A DNA stretch of 63,805 nt, the filler included, from Octopus bimaculoides (Eukaryota): assembly GCF_001194135.2 (NCBI RefSeq). It is 5 parts of 5 records of this genome, joined end to end, with 100 filler letters (N's around TTAATTAATTAA, not from the genome) between each part and the next. Parts side by side here need not be neighbours in the genome. Positions count along the whole stretch, not along the records: positions 1 to 29,366 come from NC_068983.1; positions 29,467 to 51,159 come from NC_069005.1; 3 more parts are not named here. One strand, written 5' to 3'. The notes below the pieces were generated by a model that saw nothing but the letters and a program-made list of their open reading frames with translations, was not told the DNA's origin and made no database searches. Both the position numbers and the translations under genes were made by a program. Position 1 is the stretch's first letter; each line of letters opens with the position of its first letter. Shown one piece after another: positions 28,698-41,686 of the stretch.

Positions 28698-29410
28698 CCC
28701 TGGAATATTTTGTTCTTGCTTCTATCTGGGATATACTGCTTCTTTATTTCCACTCACACGACACTGAGTACTTCAACTCGACCCTTCTCATTTTCCTGCT
28801 TACGATAATGACAAGGCTTCGTTACAAAATTTAAGTATTTCCAAACACATTTATTTGTCTGTATTCTCTAAAAGTAGGGTATGTATTAGTAAGGTGAAAT
28901 GGAAAACAGGAGGAGAGGAATAAAGAAAAGAAAGAAAAACGGAATACAAAGATAGAGATAAGGGAAAATATACTAGGTAGCGGTCAGTCGATATAGTTTG
29001 AAAGTAGGAATGGGGAGATAAGAGTGATAGAGAGAGAAAGGTATTAGAGTGTAGAAAGATAGAAGGAATGGGGTGGTGTAATGGAGAGATAGGTGTAAAA
29101 ACTAAAGGAGTGTGAAATTGTGTGGTGACAGAGTCTAAGTTTTGGGGAAGAGATAGGGGTAGTAATATGGAATGAAGAATTATTTAGGAATGTTGGTGGT
29201 TGGACAGGTCAGTGCTAGGTAGTAGAAGAAAATATATGTGTAGATGTATATACATGTATATATTAGACATCTATATAGGTATTTAATTTTACAGATATTT
29301 ATACATATCAACATCCACACATACAACTCGTGCTCATAGGTATATGTACATATATATATATATATANNNNNNNNNNNNNNNNNNNNNNNNNNNNNNNNNN
29401 NNNNNNNNNN

Positions 29411-29422
29411 TTAATTAATTAA
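29411..29422. other. Artificial assembly linker TTAATTAATTAA inside a 100-nt gap (also at 51204, 56688 and 61732)
   Basis: The same 12-mer, which puts stops in all six frames, is centred in four N runs (44 N on each side counted at 29.4 kb). Confidence 0.95.
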
Positions 29423-29466
29423 NNNNNNNNNNNNNNNNNNNNNNNNNNNNNNNNNNNNNNNNNNNN

Positions 29467-29507
<41 letters not shown>

Positions 29508-30002
29508 ATCTATCTATTTTTTTTTTAGCTCGGATTTGAAAACATAAGAAAAAAAAGCCTCATTTACTGCTGTTCCAAATTTTATGAGCCAGAAAAAATT
29601 GCACACAACATAGAAAACCAAAACATTTAAAAACAAATATATCAACACAAAGATATTCCTGCCTATGTAAGTAAATTTCTTTCATAATGTCTTAAATAAA
29701 ATCGTTTTATTGCTCATGTTATTTCTGTGAAAAGTGTATAGAAATGTCTTTGATTTTAGCGCCAATTCTAGTGCTTTTCTTGATCAGGTTCCTATCTATT
29801 TGGACATTCATTAGAGAACAGTACCTTTTTCTTTCTTGCCCACGGAAAGATTGCTAGCTTATAGCTATTTATATGAGGCACAATCCAGGTCCCGTCTAAG
29901 ATATCTACAGATGTCCCAGCCGTAACATGATGCCGTCATTTTCTTTTTCTTCTGGCATCATATATCTAGGACTACATTATTCAGCATGGTTTTGCTTTTA
30001 AG

Positions 30003-30036
<34 letters not shown>

Positions 30037-30039
30037 TTT

Positions 30040-30370
30040 GTGAAGGTGCATGGCTTAGTGGTTAGGGTATTTCGCACACGATCGCAAGGTCGCGAGTTCA
30101 ATTCCCAGCGACGCGTTGTGTCTTTGAACAAGAAGCTTTAGTCCACGTTGCTCAAGTCCACTCACCTGGCAAAAATGAGTTGCACCTGTACTTCAAAGGG
30201 CAAGCTTTTTCACGTTTTGTGTCGCGCTGAATCTCCCTGAGAACTACATTAAGGGTACACATGTTTGTGAAGTACTCAGCCACTTGCAGGTGGTTAATCT
30301 CACGAGTAGGCTGCTCCGTTGATTGGATCAACTGGAACCCTTGTCGTCTGGAAGTGTGTGACTTCATGGT
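30040..30370 (+). mobile_element. tRNA-derived SINE family E
   Basis: A box TGGCTTAGTGG (30051) and B box GAGTTCAATTCC (30094), followed by a non-tRNA body. Related decayed copies at about 1575-1700, 7540-7640, 21340-21420 and 42400-42620. Confidence 0.75.
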
Positions 30371-31793
30371 TGTCTGAATTGCATTTCTGTCCGGTTGAAC
30401 CGATCTAGGAACAAAGTTATTTCAGCTGACAGTAATGTAATTTATTTCAAATGGCAGAACCGTTAGCACGCCGGATAAAATGCCCAGTAGCATTTCGTCT
30501 GTTTTACGTTGTGTTCAAATTACGCCGAACTTGTTTTTTTTCCCAGTTGAAAAACCGCAACTTATGGCGTTTAAACATCACAATATATGTTAAGTATGTA
30601 GTATTGACATTTTCTTTTTATTATCAAGTTGAACTGCTGCTATTACATATTTAGAATTTGTTTTGCTTAACGGAGGTCATTGCAAACCAATGTCTGGTTT
30701 ATAACTATCTCTATATGCTTCAACATAGCTGATGTGATTTCGCATTTGAAGTGACATGAATACAAGACATTGATAAGCTGCAACTTTGACGAAATACGTA
30801 TCTGTCGCTCTAGCGATCAATTCTGGGCTGATTTCGTTTAGCCCTCCACAGTATACTGTGTGTTTTTTAACGCTACATATCTTTAAGGGGAGTTTTCACG
30901 AACGAAAAGCTGCATCTTCTGGTTTTAAAACAACAGAGAATAAGTCATTTATTATTGTTGTTGTTGAACAATGTAATCGCCGTTAATTTTTTAAAACTTA
31001 ATTTATATTAACTGATTTACAAATTTAATCGAGTTTAAAATTTTTTTTTTTTTTTTCAGTTTAAAAACCTGGTTCTCCCTCCATGGAACAGTAGAATTTA
31101 CCATTTTTATTTTTTAATCATTTCTTTTTCCCAAATTCACGAATGGACACACGTACTATATACGATGAAATACACGCACATACACATACACATACACATA
31201 TATACGATTCAACACTTATACATAAATACTATGCGTACAAACAATATACTTATATGTGTATGCATACATACATATGTATATATATATATATATATACTTG
31301 GGAAAAAGTATGATAGACTTAAGATGCAGTTTATATAGTTTGTGAATATTTGCATCCTCTGTAGTGTGTACATGAATAAAAAATATGTACGCACATTCGC
31401 ATATACATACACTCACACACATAGACACACACACGCAGAGACTCTATAGGCACATATGTAGCTACTATCACAGAAAAATAGAAGTACAGCTATTCATATG
31501 CGTTCGCAACCCATTTAACCACATATTCCAATAGATTTCTTTTTTTTTTTCTTTTTGCAATTAACAACAATAAACTAAAAATTAAATAAACTACCATTTG
31601 AAACTTAAGGCCGTTGTCAAAGCGAACTTTATTGCACACGCAAACACACACACACATACACACACACACATACATACATACATGCATACACGCNNNNNNN
31701 NNNNNNNNNNNNNNNNNNNNNNNNNNNNNNNNNNNNNNNNNNNNNNNNNNNNNNNNNNNNNNNNNNNNNNNNNNNNNNNNNNNNNNNNNNNNN

Positions 31794-31995
31794 TGCCAAG
31801 CTGTATCGGCCCCTTTGCCTTTCGCTTTGATAACATCAGTGGCGTAGAAAGGGAACATTGGTATGTAGTGGCACGGAAAGGGGGAGGCTGGTATGCATTG
31901 GCGACTGCTGGTCTTACATAAACAACCTTGCCCGGACTTGAACCTCGGTAGGGAACTTTCTTGGTGCAATCCCATGGTCATTCATAACTGAAACG
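31794..31995 (+). mobile_element. Probable 3' end of a non-LTR retroelement or SINE
   Basis: GC-rich island after a gap, ending ...gtgcaatcccatggtcattcat; recalled as a common octopus repeat and not verified. Confidence 0.4.
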
Positions 31996-32092
31996 CGTTT
32001 TTATCTATATAGATGTACGTATATAAATATATAGATGTGTGTGTGTGTGTGCGTGTATAATTATATATATGGAAATGTATATATGCATATAT

Positions 32093-32510
32093 CTCTTTTA
32101 CTCTTTTACTTGTTTCAGTCATTTGACTGCGGCCATGCTGGAGCACCGCCTTTAGTCGAGCAAATCGACCCCAGGACTTATTCTTTGGAAACCTAGTACT
32201 TATTCTAACTTATTCTATCGGTCTCTTTTGCCGAACCGCTAGGTTACGAGGACATAAACACACCACCATCGGTTGTCAAGCAATGTTGGGGGACAAACAT
32301 AGACACAAAACATATACACACACATACATATATACATATATATACATATATATACACACATATACGACGGGCTTCTTTCAGTTTCTGTCTACCAAATTCA
32401 CTCACAAGGCTTTGGTCGGCCCGAGGCTATAGTAGAAGACACTTGCCCAAGGTGCCACACAGTAGGAATGAACCTAGAGCTATGTGGTTGGTAAGAAAGC
32501 TACTTACCAC
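32093..32510 (-). mobile_element. SINE family A, full-length copy
   Basis: Colinear with the 28273-28697 copy. Confidence 0.9.
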
Positions 32511-32534
32511 AGATGCAATACATATGCGTATATA

Positions 32535-32715
32535 TCAGGTAACCCCATAAGTTCTGTCCGAATTTTGAATAAGGAAAACAAGTGATCAAATGTTATATTT
32601 GATTGAAATTTAATCATCAGTGTTCTTTCCCTGATTATCTATGACTTCCTTCCATCTATTTACAAGCTTTTTAATCCCATCGATGTAAAATCTCTTTTGG
32701 TTTCAAAGCGAAGAA
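32535..32715 (-). mobile_element. Mariner 3' end with TIR
   Basis: Minus-strand translation FYIDGIKKLVNRWKEVIDNQGKNTDD* is the classic mariner C-terminus; TA-flanked TIR at 32535. Confidence 0.8.
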
Positions 32716-32719
32716 CACC

Positions 32720-33420
32720 ACAGCCATCAACAAGTACAGCAACAGCATTATCACCATCGCCATCATCACCACCATTGCCATTACCATGATGACGACCGCC
32801 ACATCAACATAACCATTGCAACTACCACCACCACCACCACCACCGCCGCCGCTACCGCCGCCGCCGCCGCCGCCACCACCACAGCCATAACCATTAAACT
32901 CAACATTTCTTCAACGAGCCGAGCCAAAGAATTATTCTTTTATGCGGTTGGTCGACCTACATAAATAGCAGCCAAACAAAGAAAGAAATTTCGCTTGAGC
33001 CGCCTTCGTAATTGGAAGGACACATTAGACGAGGCAATCCTTGATAAAACCAAACTACGATTTGGAGATTGTTCTGGAATGTCTTTGATCATTTTGGACC
33101 CTGGACGGTCAGGGCTGACCCGAGGCTAAACAGCCATAATGATCGCAACTTCAAAGGGAAAAACCACCACCATGACCATCATCATCGTCATCACCATCAT
33201 CGTCATCGTCGTCGTCATCATCATTATCGTCATCACCAACAACAATACCATTACCATCATTGTCGTCGTCGTCGTCGTCATCATCATCATCGCCACTAGC
33301 ACCTTGTTCACCACCACCACCGTCATGCTGCCGCCATCTTTATCTTCCTCCTTGTCATCATCATTAACGTCATTCTTGTTGTTGTTGTTGTTGTTGTTGT
33401 TATTATTATTATTATTAATC
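32720..33420. repeat. Mosaic of trinucleotide microsatellites (CAC, CGC, CAT, GTC, GTT, ATT)
   Basis: Seen directly in the sequence; it is the source of several low-complexity ORFs. Confidence 0.95.
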
Positions 33421-33638
33421 GCTAGACGGGTTCAGGGAGTTATTTTTTTTTTTTTCATAATCATCATTAATTATAAAGCTTGGCATCTAAATGAGCTTAA
33501 TTAATGTGATGGCGATGGCTGTGTATGGGCGTGAGCGAGAAAAGAAAAAAAAACGAAAACCAACGCCCTGGTATTGGATACCAAACGTTATATAATAACA
33601 ATAATAATAATAATAACAACAACAACAATAACAATAAC

Positions 33639-33684
<46 letters not shown>

Positions 33685-33829
33685 GTGGTGGTTATTATAG
33701 TTGTTGGGGGGTCAAGAGAAATAGAACGTGAGGAACTAAGTACGATGGGACATTATAAGTGGATTTGAGCTCACACACATTTACATATACAAAGCAGAAC
33801 GCACCCTCATGCATGCGCATACACGCACA

Positions 33830-35165
33830 CTGTGTTAGACAGCCCCTGCCACAGCGAAAGCCATGCTGATTTGCATTTACGAGTTTGTGGGTCCCCAGGA
33901 AGTCAGCTATCCTTGATCTTACTACTCTTTCAAACACTTTAATGATGTGGGAGGTGAGTGAGAATGGTCGGTAGTTGATTGCAAGGGATCTGTTTCCCTG
34001 TTTGAAAACCGGGATGACAGACTGGGATGGGAGCTGTTTCGGTATATAACCTGAGTCTAAAGAATTTCTCCAGAGGTTGGTCAGAGGGACTGCAAGTCGG
34101 TGTCTAAATTCCTTCAGGAGACTAGCGGGGAATCTATCAGGGCCTACAGCAGAATAGTATTTCACCTTATTTATTTCTGTTATGATGTTGGGAATTCTAT
34201 GTTGGGAATCAACTTCGTTCGTTTCTCTTACGTCGATATCAGTGGGATCACTAAAGACAGAGCAGTCTCGTTTCTGCAGTATTTCTGCCATTTCTTTAGC
34301 ATCGTGTCGGGGAATGCCGTTATCATCGGTCAATGGCCCAATGGGTGAGACAGCGGTTCTATTCTTATTTGCATAAGAACACTTTTGGGTTCTGTTTGAT
34401 GCTTTTGATTACCCACTGTTCCTCTGCAGCTCTTTGATTCTCAATGGAGGTTTTCATGTCGGTCTGCAGATGAAGTTTTTCCAACTCCAGCCTTTTCATT
34501 GTTGTTGAATGTGGATGTTGTAGATGGGAGTATTTTAACTGGTTGATTTTTTAATTGAGTCTTTTGATTTGCCTGATGAGAGTTTTTTTTTTTCTTTTTA
34601 GGGAGCCGGCTTCTGTTTGTGTCAGTGGACTTCGTTGGAGCGTGTTTTGAGCATGTATAGGTGACAACGTTCTCAAAGTGTTGCCTTGCCGTCTCAATGC
34701 GAATGGTACTGACAATGAAAGACCGGTCGACGAAGAATAGATCCTTTCTGATTGCTCCCCAGTCCGCTTTGTGGGAGCTTATGATGTCAAATGAATGCCG
34801 TGGAGTGGTATTGGTTGGTTTGGTTTTGATATGCCGGGAATTAAAATTGCAGAGTATCATGTCGTGGTCTGAGAGGAGAGTTTTTTCAACTGAAATACTG
34901 TGAACGGAGTTAGAGTGGTTGGTTAATATAAGATCCAAGATCATTTTATTCTGTCTTGTTGGTTCGAGCACTAGCCGAGTCAGGAAGAATTTATCCATTA
35001 GATTAATGAGTAATTCTGCTGCTGCTTTATCTAATGTAGAGCATCTGCCTAACTTCAGAGTATTTGTGGGTCAGTTTATATGAGGGAGGTTAAAATCACT
35101 CATCACTAGTATGCTTCCGGAGTTGTATTTTCGAAGGAAGGACTTGATTTTGTTGAGGCACTCTT
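33830..35165 (-). mobile_element. Decayed CR1/L2-group LINE ORF2: APE endonuclease C-terminus, linker and RT N-terminus
   Basis: DFNLP, EPTR..ILDLILTN, LSDH (endonuclease); AVGPD, VIPVFKQG..NYRPFSLTSHIIKVFE, NQHGFR.GR.CLTQ (RT). Frameshifted and truncated at a (TG) tract. Confidence 0.9.
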
Positions 35166-35872
35166 CAAGGCACTTTATATATATATAAATATAAATGTAT
35201 ATATTTATGTGTGTGTGTGTATATATATATATATACATATTTATAGTTAAAATGAGGATATTTAAACTTCTTGTAGGGATATTTTTTCAATGAATATATA
35301 TATATATATATATANNNNNNNNNNNNNNNNNNNNNNNNNNNNNNNNNNNNNNNNNNNNNNNNNNNNNNNNNNNNNNNNNNNNNNNNNNNNNNNNNNNNNN
35401 NNNNNNNNNNNNNNNNNNNNNNNNNNNNNNNNNNNNNNNNNNNNNNNNNNNNNNNNNNNNNNNNNNNNNNNNNNNNNNNNNNNNNNNNNNNNNNNNNNNN
35501 NNNNNNNNNNNNNNNNNNNNNNNNNNNNNNNNNNNNNNNNNNNNNNNNNNNNNNNNNNNNNNNNNNNNNNNNNNNNNNNNNNNNNNNNNNNNNNNNNNNN
35601 NNNNNNNNNNNNNNNNNNNNNNNNNNNNNNNNNNNNNNNNNNNNNNNNNNNNNNNNNNNNNNNNNNNNNNNNNNNNNNNNNNNNNNNNNNNNNNNNNNNN
35701 NNNNNNNNNNNNNNNNNNNNNNNNNNNNNNNNNNNNNNNNNNNNNNNNNNNNNNNNNNNNNNNNNNNNNNNNNNNNNNTATATATATATATATGTATATA
35801 CATACATACATACATACATACATACATTATATATATATATATATATATATACAGAAGGAGAGAGAGAGTGAG

Positions 35873-35910
<38 letters not shown>

Positions 35911-36398
35911 CTGCATGTCCATAACTACATACATACACACACAAAACACACACACACACCTACACACACTTATGCATATAGATCATTGCCTTAGCATGCG
36001 GTTGACAACGGATACTTATATTTGCTGCCGATGACGCACAAACAGGCAGAAGTCCCGGATCTGGTAATTCTCACACCGCTTTTCGTTTGAAACTGATATT
36101 TCCGAGTCCTTTTTCTAGCACTGCACATTCGCACGATATGCTTTAACATGACCGCAATCGTAATATCACCGTGCTGTGGTTTTCTTACAGTATTTCCACA
36201 TTGAGTACGATATACAGGATGCTGTTCTGAACTGGCAATGATTTATTATTCCGCCCACCATGCATATACTGTTAAAACGTATAGGTTTGTGTGAGCGCCA
36301 ATACGGAACTAGAAATAAAGCACTGTTGGAAACTCAGTTATTCTGCGATGGAGTGCTGAAAGGTTCCTGATACATACATACATACATACATACATACA

Positions 36399-36430
<32 letters not shown>

Positions 36431-36473
36431 CATGCATGCACACATTCATTCATACCTATATTCATACATACAT

Positions 36474-36540
<67 letters not shown>

Positions 36541-36543
<3 letters not shown>

Positions 36544-36798
36544 TGGGTTGGTGCATAATTATTGCGGTTTTTTTTTCAACAAATCTTATTCAACAAAAAC
36601 GATAACAATATTTGACAAAACCATCTTTAAATGACGGTCTGATCGTCTGCCCAGCAAATGGGAAGCAGCAATTGAAGTAGATGGTGAATATGCTCCGGAA
36701 TAATCATTTAAAGATGTTTTTGTTAAATATTGTTATTGTTTTGTTGAAGAAAATTTGTTGAAGAAAACCGCAATAATCAATTATACACCAACCCAATA
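36541..36798 (+). mobile_element. Mariner-derived MITE with long terminal inverted repeats
   Basis: TATTGGGTTGGTGCATAATTATTGCGG at the left end and its near reverse complement at the right end, in a TA run. The core encodes the mariner C-terminus DRLPSKWEAAIEVDGEYAPE*. Confidence 0.85.
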
Positions 36799-36914
36799 TA
36801 TATATTCAAAATTTTGATAATGTGGTTATATATTTTTAGAATCACCCACACCCCTCCCACACATACACACGCACACAAACACACACACACATATTTATAC
36901 ACACACATATACTA

Positions 36915-37052
36915 GGTGGGTGGCTGAAAAGTTCCTGGCCTTGAGTAAAAGAAAATACAGGAGGATCAATTAATTATGATCTTATTCAACGTATTCCCCT
37001 CCCCTCAGATCCACACAGTTATTACAGGGATGGTTCAGTTTTTCTCAGTCCA
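36915..37052 (-). mobile_element. Mariner 3' end with TIR
   Basis: The minus strand reads like GLRK....CVDLRGEYVE* followed by a TIR ending near a TA dinucleotide. Confidence 0.65.
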
Positions 37053-37615
37053 TGGCCAAAGTGACACGAAGGGCCAATTGCAGTCTTCTGAATGTAAAAG
37101 GAATGTCTGCTCCTGATGGAGTAAGAGGAATTCTTGGAATAAAGACGTCATCACCTTTTCCGCGTCCAGAAAGAATGGTAGCCTCGATAACGTGTGACAT
37201 CATCTTCTTTATCACGAGTCGTGTTCCATTGCAAAGTCTTGGTGGTTCCAGATTGCGGAGCAGTATAACAGGCGTTCCAACTTTAAGTTATAATATGTGG
37301 GGACGTCGTCCAGGAGGCTCCAACGAATTGAAGAATTCAGGAGGATTGTTCACCACTTCATTTGTATCTGGAACTGTATCAACAGACTTGTAAGTTTGAA
37401 GATTGCCGGGAAGAGAATGCATCAGCTGTTGATTAAATGTTGTAGCAGCTACGTTTTTTGGAGCTAATATTGCTCTTTCACGCAGCCAATTCTGATTTAG
37501 GTAGTTTCCTTTGAAGTTGGGAAAGACTTTGTGTTTGAGGTCATCTACAGAATTAACAACAGAGCAAAATGGCCATACTTCTATTGTGATCGGTGTACTT
37601 GGGACCATCTTGAAG
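37050..37615 (-). mobile_element. Helitron RepHel PIF1-helicase fragment
   Basis: WLRERAILAPKN...YKSVDT...PEFFNSLEPPG..PH.L..KVGTPVILLRNLEPPRLCNGTRL...FIPRIPL. Confidence 0.9.
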
Positions 37616-37954
37616 AACGTCTTCACGTTCTGGGTTGAAATTCCGCAAAGGTCGACTCTGCCTTTCATCCTTTCGGGGTCGATGAAACAAGTACTAGTTG
37701 AACCGTGGGAGGAAGGGTCGATGTAATCAACTAGTGCCCTCCCCACAAACTTCAGGCCTTGTGCATCTAGTACAAACGGTATTTTGGCATGAAGACCTGG
37801 AAATACCAAACTTTGTAGGAAGCACACGGCTGCAATACTCGGAACAGGATGTGCTGAGAAAGGCATTGCATCTGAAAGCTGCGGGATGGAGCTAAAACGT
37901 GACATCGATGAATTAGAAGAAATGAAAATTGAGAGAATGACCAGACCAGTAACC

Positions 37955-38375
37955 TGTTTGGATTAAGGGCCATAGAGGCCCTAAGCACCTAAAAGATTTT
38001 GGTGACCCCCCCATATATATGAAATTCAAAATATAATCCGTAATAAACCATAAAATTAATTCATATTTTTCAGAATGAATCAAAACTAACAGTATAATGC
38101 AAAATAATGTTTATTTCTGTTTATTTCCATTATTTTTGAAAAGTTTTCTCCCACTTTTTGTTTTTTAATTGCAGTTTTTGATCAGCTCCTAAAAATTAAT
38201 TCCGCGTAACACATCTACATCTATACTTAGTAGAGATAAAGGCATCCCGAATATTATTTTAACAAGTTTCAAGAGATTTCTTTTGTGCCGTAAACCATTT
38301 ACCATTTCTGTGGTACCCCCTTCCTTCCTTTGATGCCCTAAGCTCGTGCTTATTTTGCTTAATGCTGTGTTGGGG
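37955..38375. mobile_element. Possible decayed hAT-type MITE
   Basis: The ends resemble GGATTAA.../...GCTTAAT termini with an AT-rich interior; the TIRs are degenerate. Confidence 0.3.
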
Positions 38376-38739
38376 GCACAAATGCCCAGGTTTTAAGAGG
38401 AGACATTTATCGATCACTTCGATCTCAATACATAACTGGTATTTATTTATCGATTCAAGTAACGATGAAGAATCGCACCGATGTAAGATTTTGGCGGGAT
38501 TTTCACTCAGATGACAAAGGGGTGTAAATCGAAATCTCATGAATCATTTCGGCAGCCATTCTATCGAATCTGTCACCAAAATGGAGAGGGGTACGGGTGT
38601 GAGGGGCACAGCGTGGTGTTGGTGGTGATGGAGGTGGTCGGTAAAGAGTGGGTGTAGATACATAAAGACATCAGAAAGAAAAGAGCCTCCCCCCCCCGCA
38701 CACATACACCTCGTTTTTTTTTTTCATATATACATCCTT

Positions 38740-39530
38740 ATCCGCCTCTCTCTCTCTCTCTCCTCTTCACCTCTATCTTTCTTTCCTCTTCTCTCTCTCT
38801 CTTTCTTCCTTTCTCCATCTTCCCTCCTCTCTCATCCCTTCTCTCTCTCCTCTCACATCCTGTTCACCTTTCCTCCTGTCTTTTCCGCTCTCTCTCTCTC
38901 TCTCCTTTTCTCTCCTCTTCTCTTTCTCTACCTCCTCTCTTTATGTTCTCCTCTCTCTCTCTCTCTACCTCTTTCTCTCTCTCTCTCTTCCCTAGTTGTC
39001 CACTAACTCTGTCCACCAAAACATATTAATATACATTATACCTAATTATCGAAACCATTTACCTCTCTCTCCCTCTTTCTTTCTCTCTCTCCCTCTTTCT
39101 TTCTCTCTCTCTCCCTCCCTCCCTTTCTCCTTCCCTCTCTTTCTTCCTCCCTTCCTCCCTCTCTCTCTCCTTCTCTCATTACTTATTTATAAACTCACCA
39201 ACTTCACATTTTACTCGCTTCTTCTCACAAACCAACTCCAACTGGTTGACTCCTTACGTTGGCTGTCGCCTGCGTTTCTTCAAAAGACCTGCAAAAAAGG
39301 GACGTGCAAGGTATTTTCTACGCTTTTGTTCTTCTTCTTCTTCTTCTTCTTCTTTTTCTTCTTCTTCTTCTTCTTCATCATCATCATCATCATCATCATC
39401 GTCGTCATCATCATCATCATCATCGTCATCATCATCACCATCGTCATCATCATCACCCTCGTCATCATCATCATCGTCTTTGCTGTCGTCGTCATCGTTA
39501 CCATCGTCATCATCATTGCTTCGTCGTGGT
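38740..39530. repeat. Long (CT)-rich polypyrimidine tract followed by (CTT)n(CAT)n microsatellites
   Basis: Seen directly in the sequence. Confidence 0.95.
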
Positions 39531-41510
39531 TTCCTGTTTTCTTTTCCATTCATAGTACCCTAGGTAACATATCCGTGCAGTACCCAGCAGTGCTACCTTC
39601 TGTTTCTCATACATATTTGTAAGCCCTGGGACTGTAGTAATGTATTTACCTGCATGTCTTCTGATTAGTCGCCGCAACACACCTATAATTAGAAATATTA
39701 TTAATGTTTACATGCCCCACATCCTGGTTATCTTTATTTGCAAATCTCTAGGTTTCGATAATATCTTCATTGCTTAGAAATAAAAAATATCTGTTGAGGC
39801 TGATACAAACTACTTGTTTTGTTTGTAGTATTTGATTACGATATCTGGTCGATTAGCCTTGATCTCCAGCTAACAAATGTATGTATGTATGTATGTATGT
39901 ATGTATGTATGTATGGGCGTATCTATGTACATATATATGACCGCCAACTCTAAAAGCTTTTTTTTTTTAATTCTCTCTCTGTTTATTTCCTCATCTTCCT
40001 TTCTGTTGAAGAGCGTAAAAGACTTTCTCACCTTCCCGATCGTTAAACTAATACACCTGTTTGTTGTTTATACACCTGCCTTCATCTTTTGTTTTTTGTA
40101 AATTCCAACTATATATATATATANNNNNNNNNNNNNNNNNNNNNNNNNNNNNNNNNNNNNNNNNNNNNNNNNNNNNNNNNNNNNNNNNNNNNNNNNNNNN
40201 NNNNNNNNNNNNNNNNNNNNNNNNNNNNNNNNNNNNNNNNNNNNNNNNNNNNNNNNNNNNNNNNNNNNNNNNNNNNNNNNNNNNNNNNNNNNNNNNNNNN
40301 NNNNNNNNNNNNNNNNNNNNNNNNNNNNNNNNNNNNNNNNNNNNNNNNNNNNNNNNNNNNNNNNNNNNNNNNNNNNNNNNNNNNNNNNNNNNNNNNNNNN
40401 NNNNNNNNTATATATATATATATTAGAATGGCACCTTGATTTCGATAGCTGCAGGTCGATCAAACCGTCGAGAGTGGACTTGGTGAACGGAAACTGAAAG
40501 AAGCCTGCCGTCATGCCTGTGTGCCTGTGAGTGCGTGTTTGTGTCTGTTCCTCACCACTTCATAACCGGTGTTGGTTTGTTTAGGCTCATGCTCCGGTAT
40601 AAGAGGCTCAGTAATTCCGGTTTGCGCGGCCGACAACAAAAATCTTCACGGTGATGTCCCATGCCCCAGCTCGGCCGCAGTTCAATAACTGCAAGAAGGA
40701 GAACGCAAGAAAAAATATATACATAGCATCGGTCCCCAAAATGGTAAAGGGCGATCGTAATCGAGACTGCAAATTCTTAGTCATCGCTGATACCGCGGTC
40801 CCACCACTTCCTTGTGAGAACAACAGGATGTCTAGAAACAGTATGGAACGCTATCCGGTTCCGTATCGCTATGATTTAAAGGTCTAGGCGTGTCAGGAAT
40901 TATATCCTACACTTCTACTTGAGAAATATTTCAAAGAATCACGAGTCTCTGGAATATCCACCCACTCATATGCTGATTCTAAGAAAAAGTAACTCAGTAG
41001 ATCGAAGAACAGCCCAACCCTCATCGCTGAAGACGACGGAGAACCATTGATACATATTTGTCGTGCATACGCGCTTAAAGGCATCTATACATACGTGCAT
41101 ACATGCATGCATACATATCCGGATTACAAGTTCAGGTTTATACCTGTAATTATTGGGACACTAGGAGATATAACGCTGCCAAAATATCCATCTTGAGAAA
41201 TTAGGATTCTGAAAAGCAAACAGGAGAAAGCTGATTCGAAGACTACAGATCCACGCCATCACTGGAACTGTAAAAATCTGTAAAACTTTCCAGAAGTTTA
41301 GCATTTAAGTATATTTGAGCATGTCTAGATATGGAGCTATATGGATATTCATTTCGACCACGAATGGTCAGGGCAGAAACGTTTTTAATTGTAGGTAGGT
41401 TTTGCTTGGTCAGAGCTGAGAAGAAGCAGCAGCAGCAGCAGCAGCAACAATAACAATAACAACAACAACAATAACAAGTAATATGTTTGTATATTCATTT
41501 CTCTATTCAG

Positions 41511-41631
41511 TTAATTAAATTACATCGCGGTCTCAAATATGGTTACGACGACGACGACGATGATGATGCTGATGAAGAAGATGTTCGTGCTGATGATGAT
41601 GTTGATGATGATGGTTATGTCTGTTGGCAAG
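41511..41631 (+). CDS. Candidate exon over a (GAC/GAT)n tract: Asp-rich in one frame, Met-rich signal-peptide-like in another
   Basis: Acceptor atattcatttctctattcAG and donor CAAG|GTAAGT. The phase 0->1 frame LIKLHRGLKYGYD7ADEEDVRADDDVDDDGYVCWQ joins the 42929 exon in frame. It may be a chance pairing of splice-like sites around a microsatellite. Confidence 0.35.
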
Positions 41632-41646
41632 GTAAGTAGCCAATAA

Positions 41647-41686
<40 letters not shown>

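Noticed and set aside
30051-30110. tRNA-like A and B boxes
   Set aside because: They do not complete a cloverleaf and continue into a repeated SINE body, so this is not a tRNA gene.
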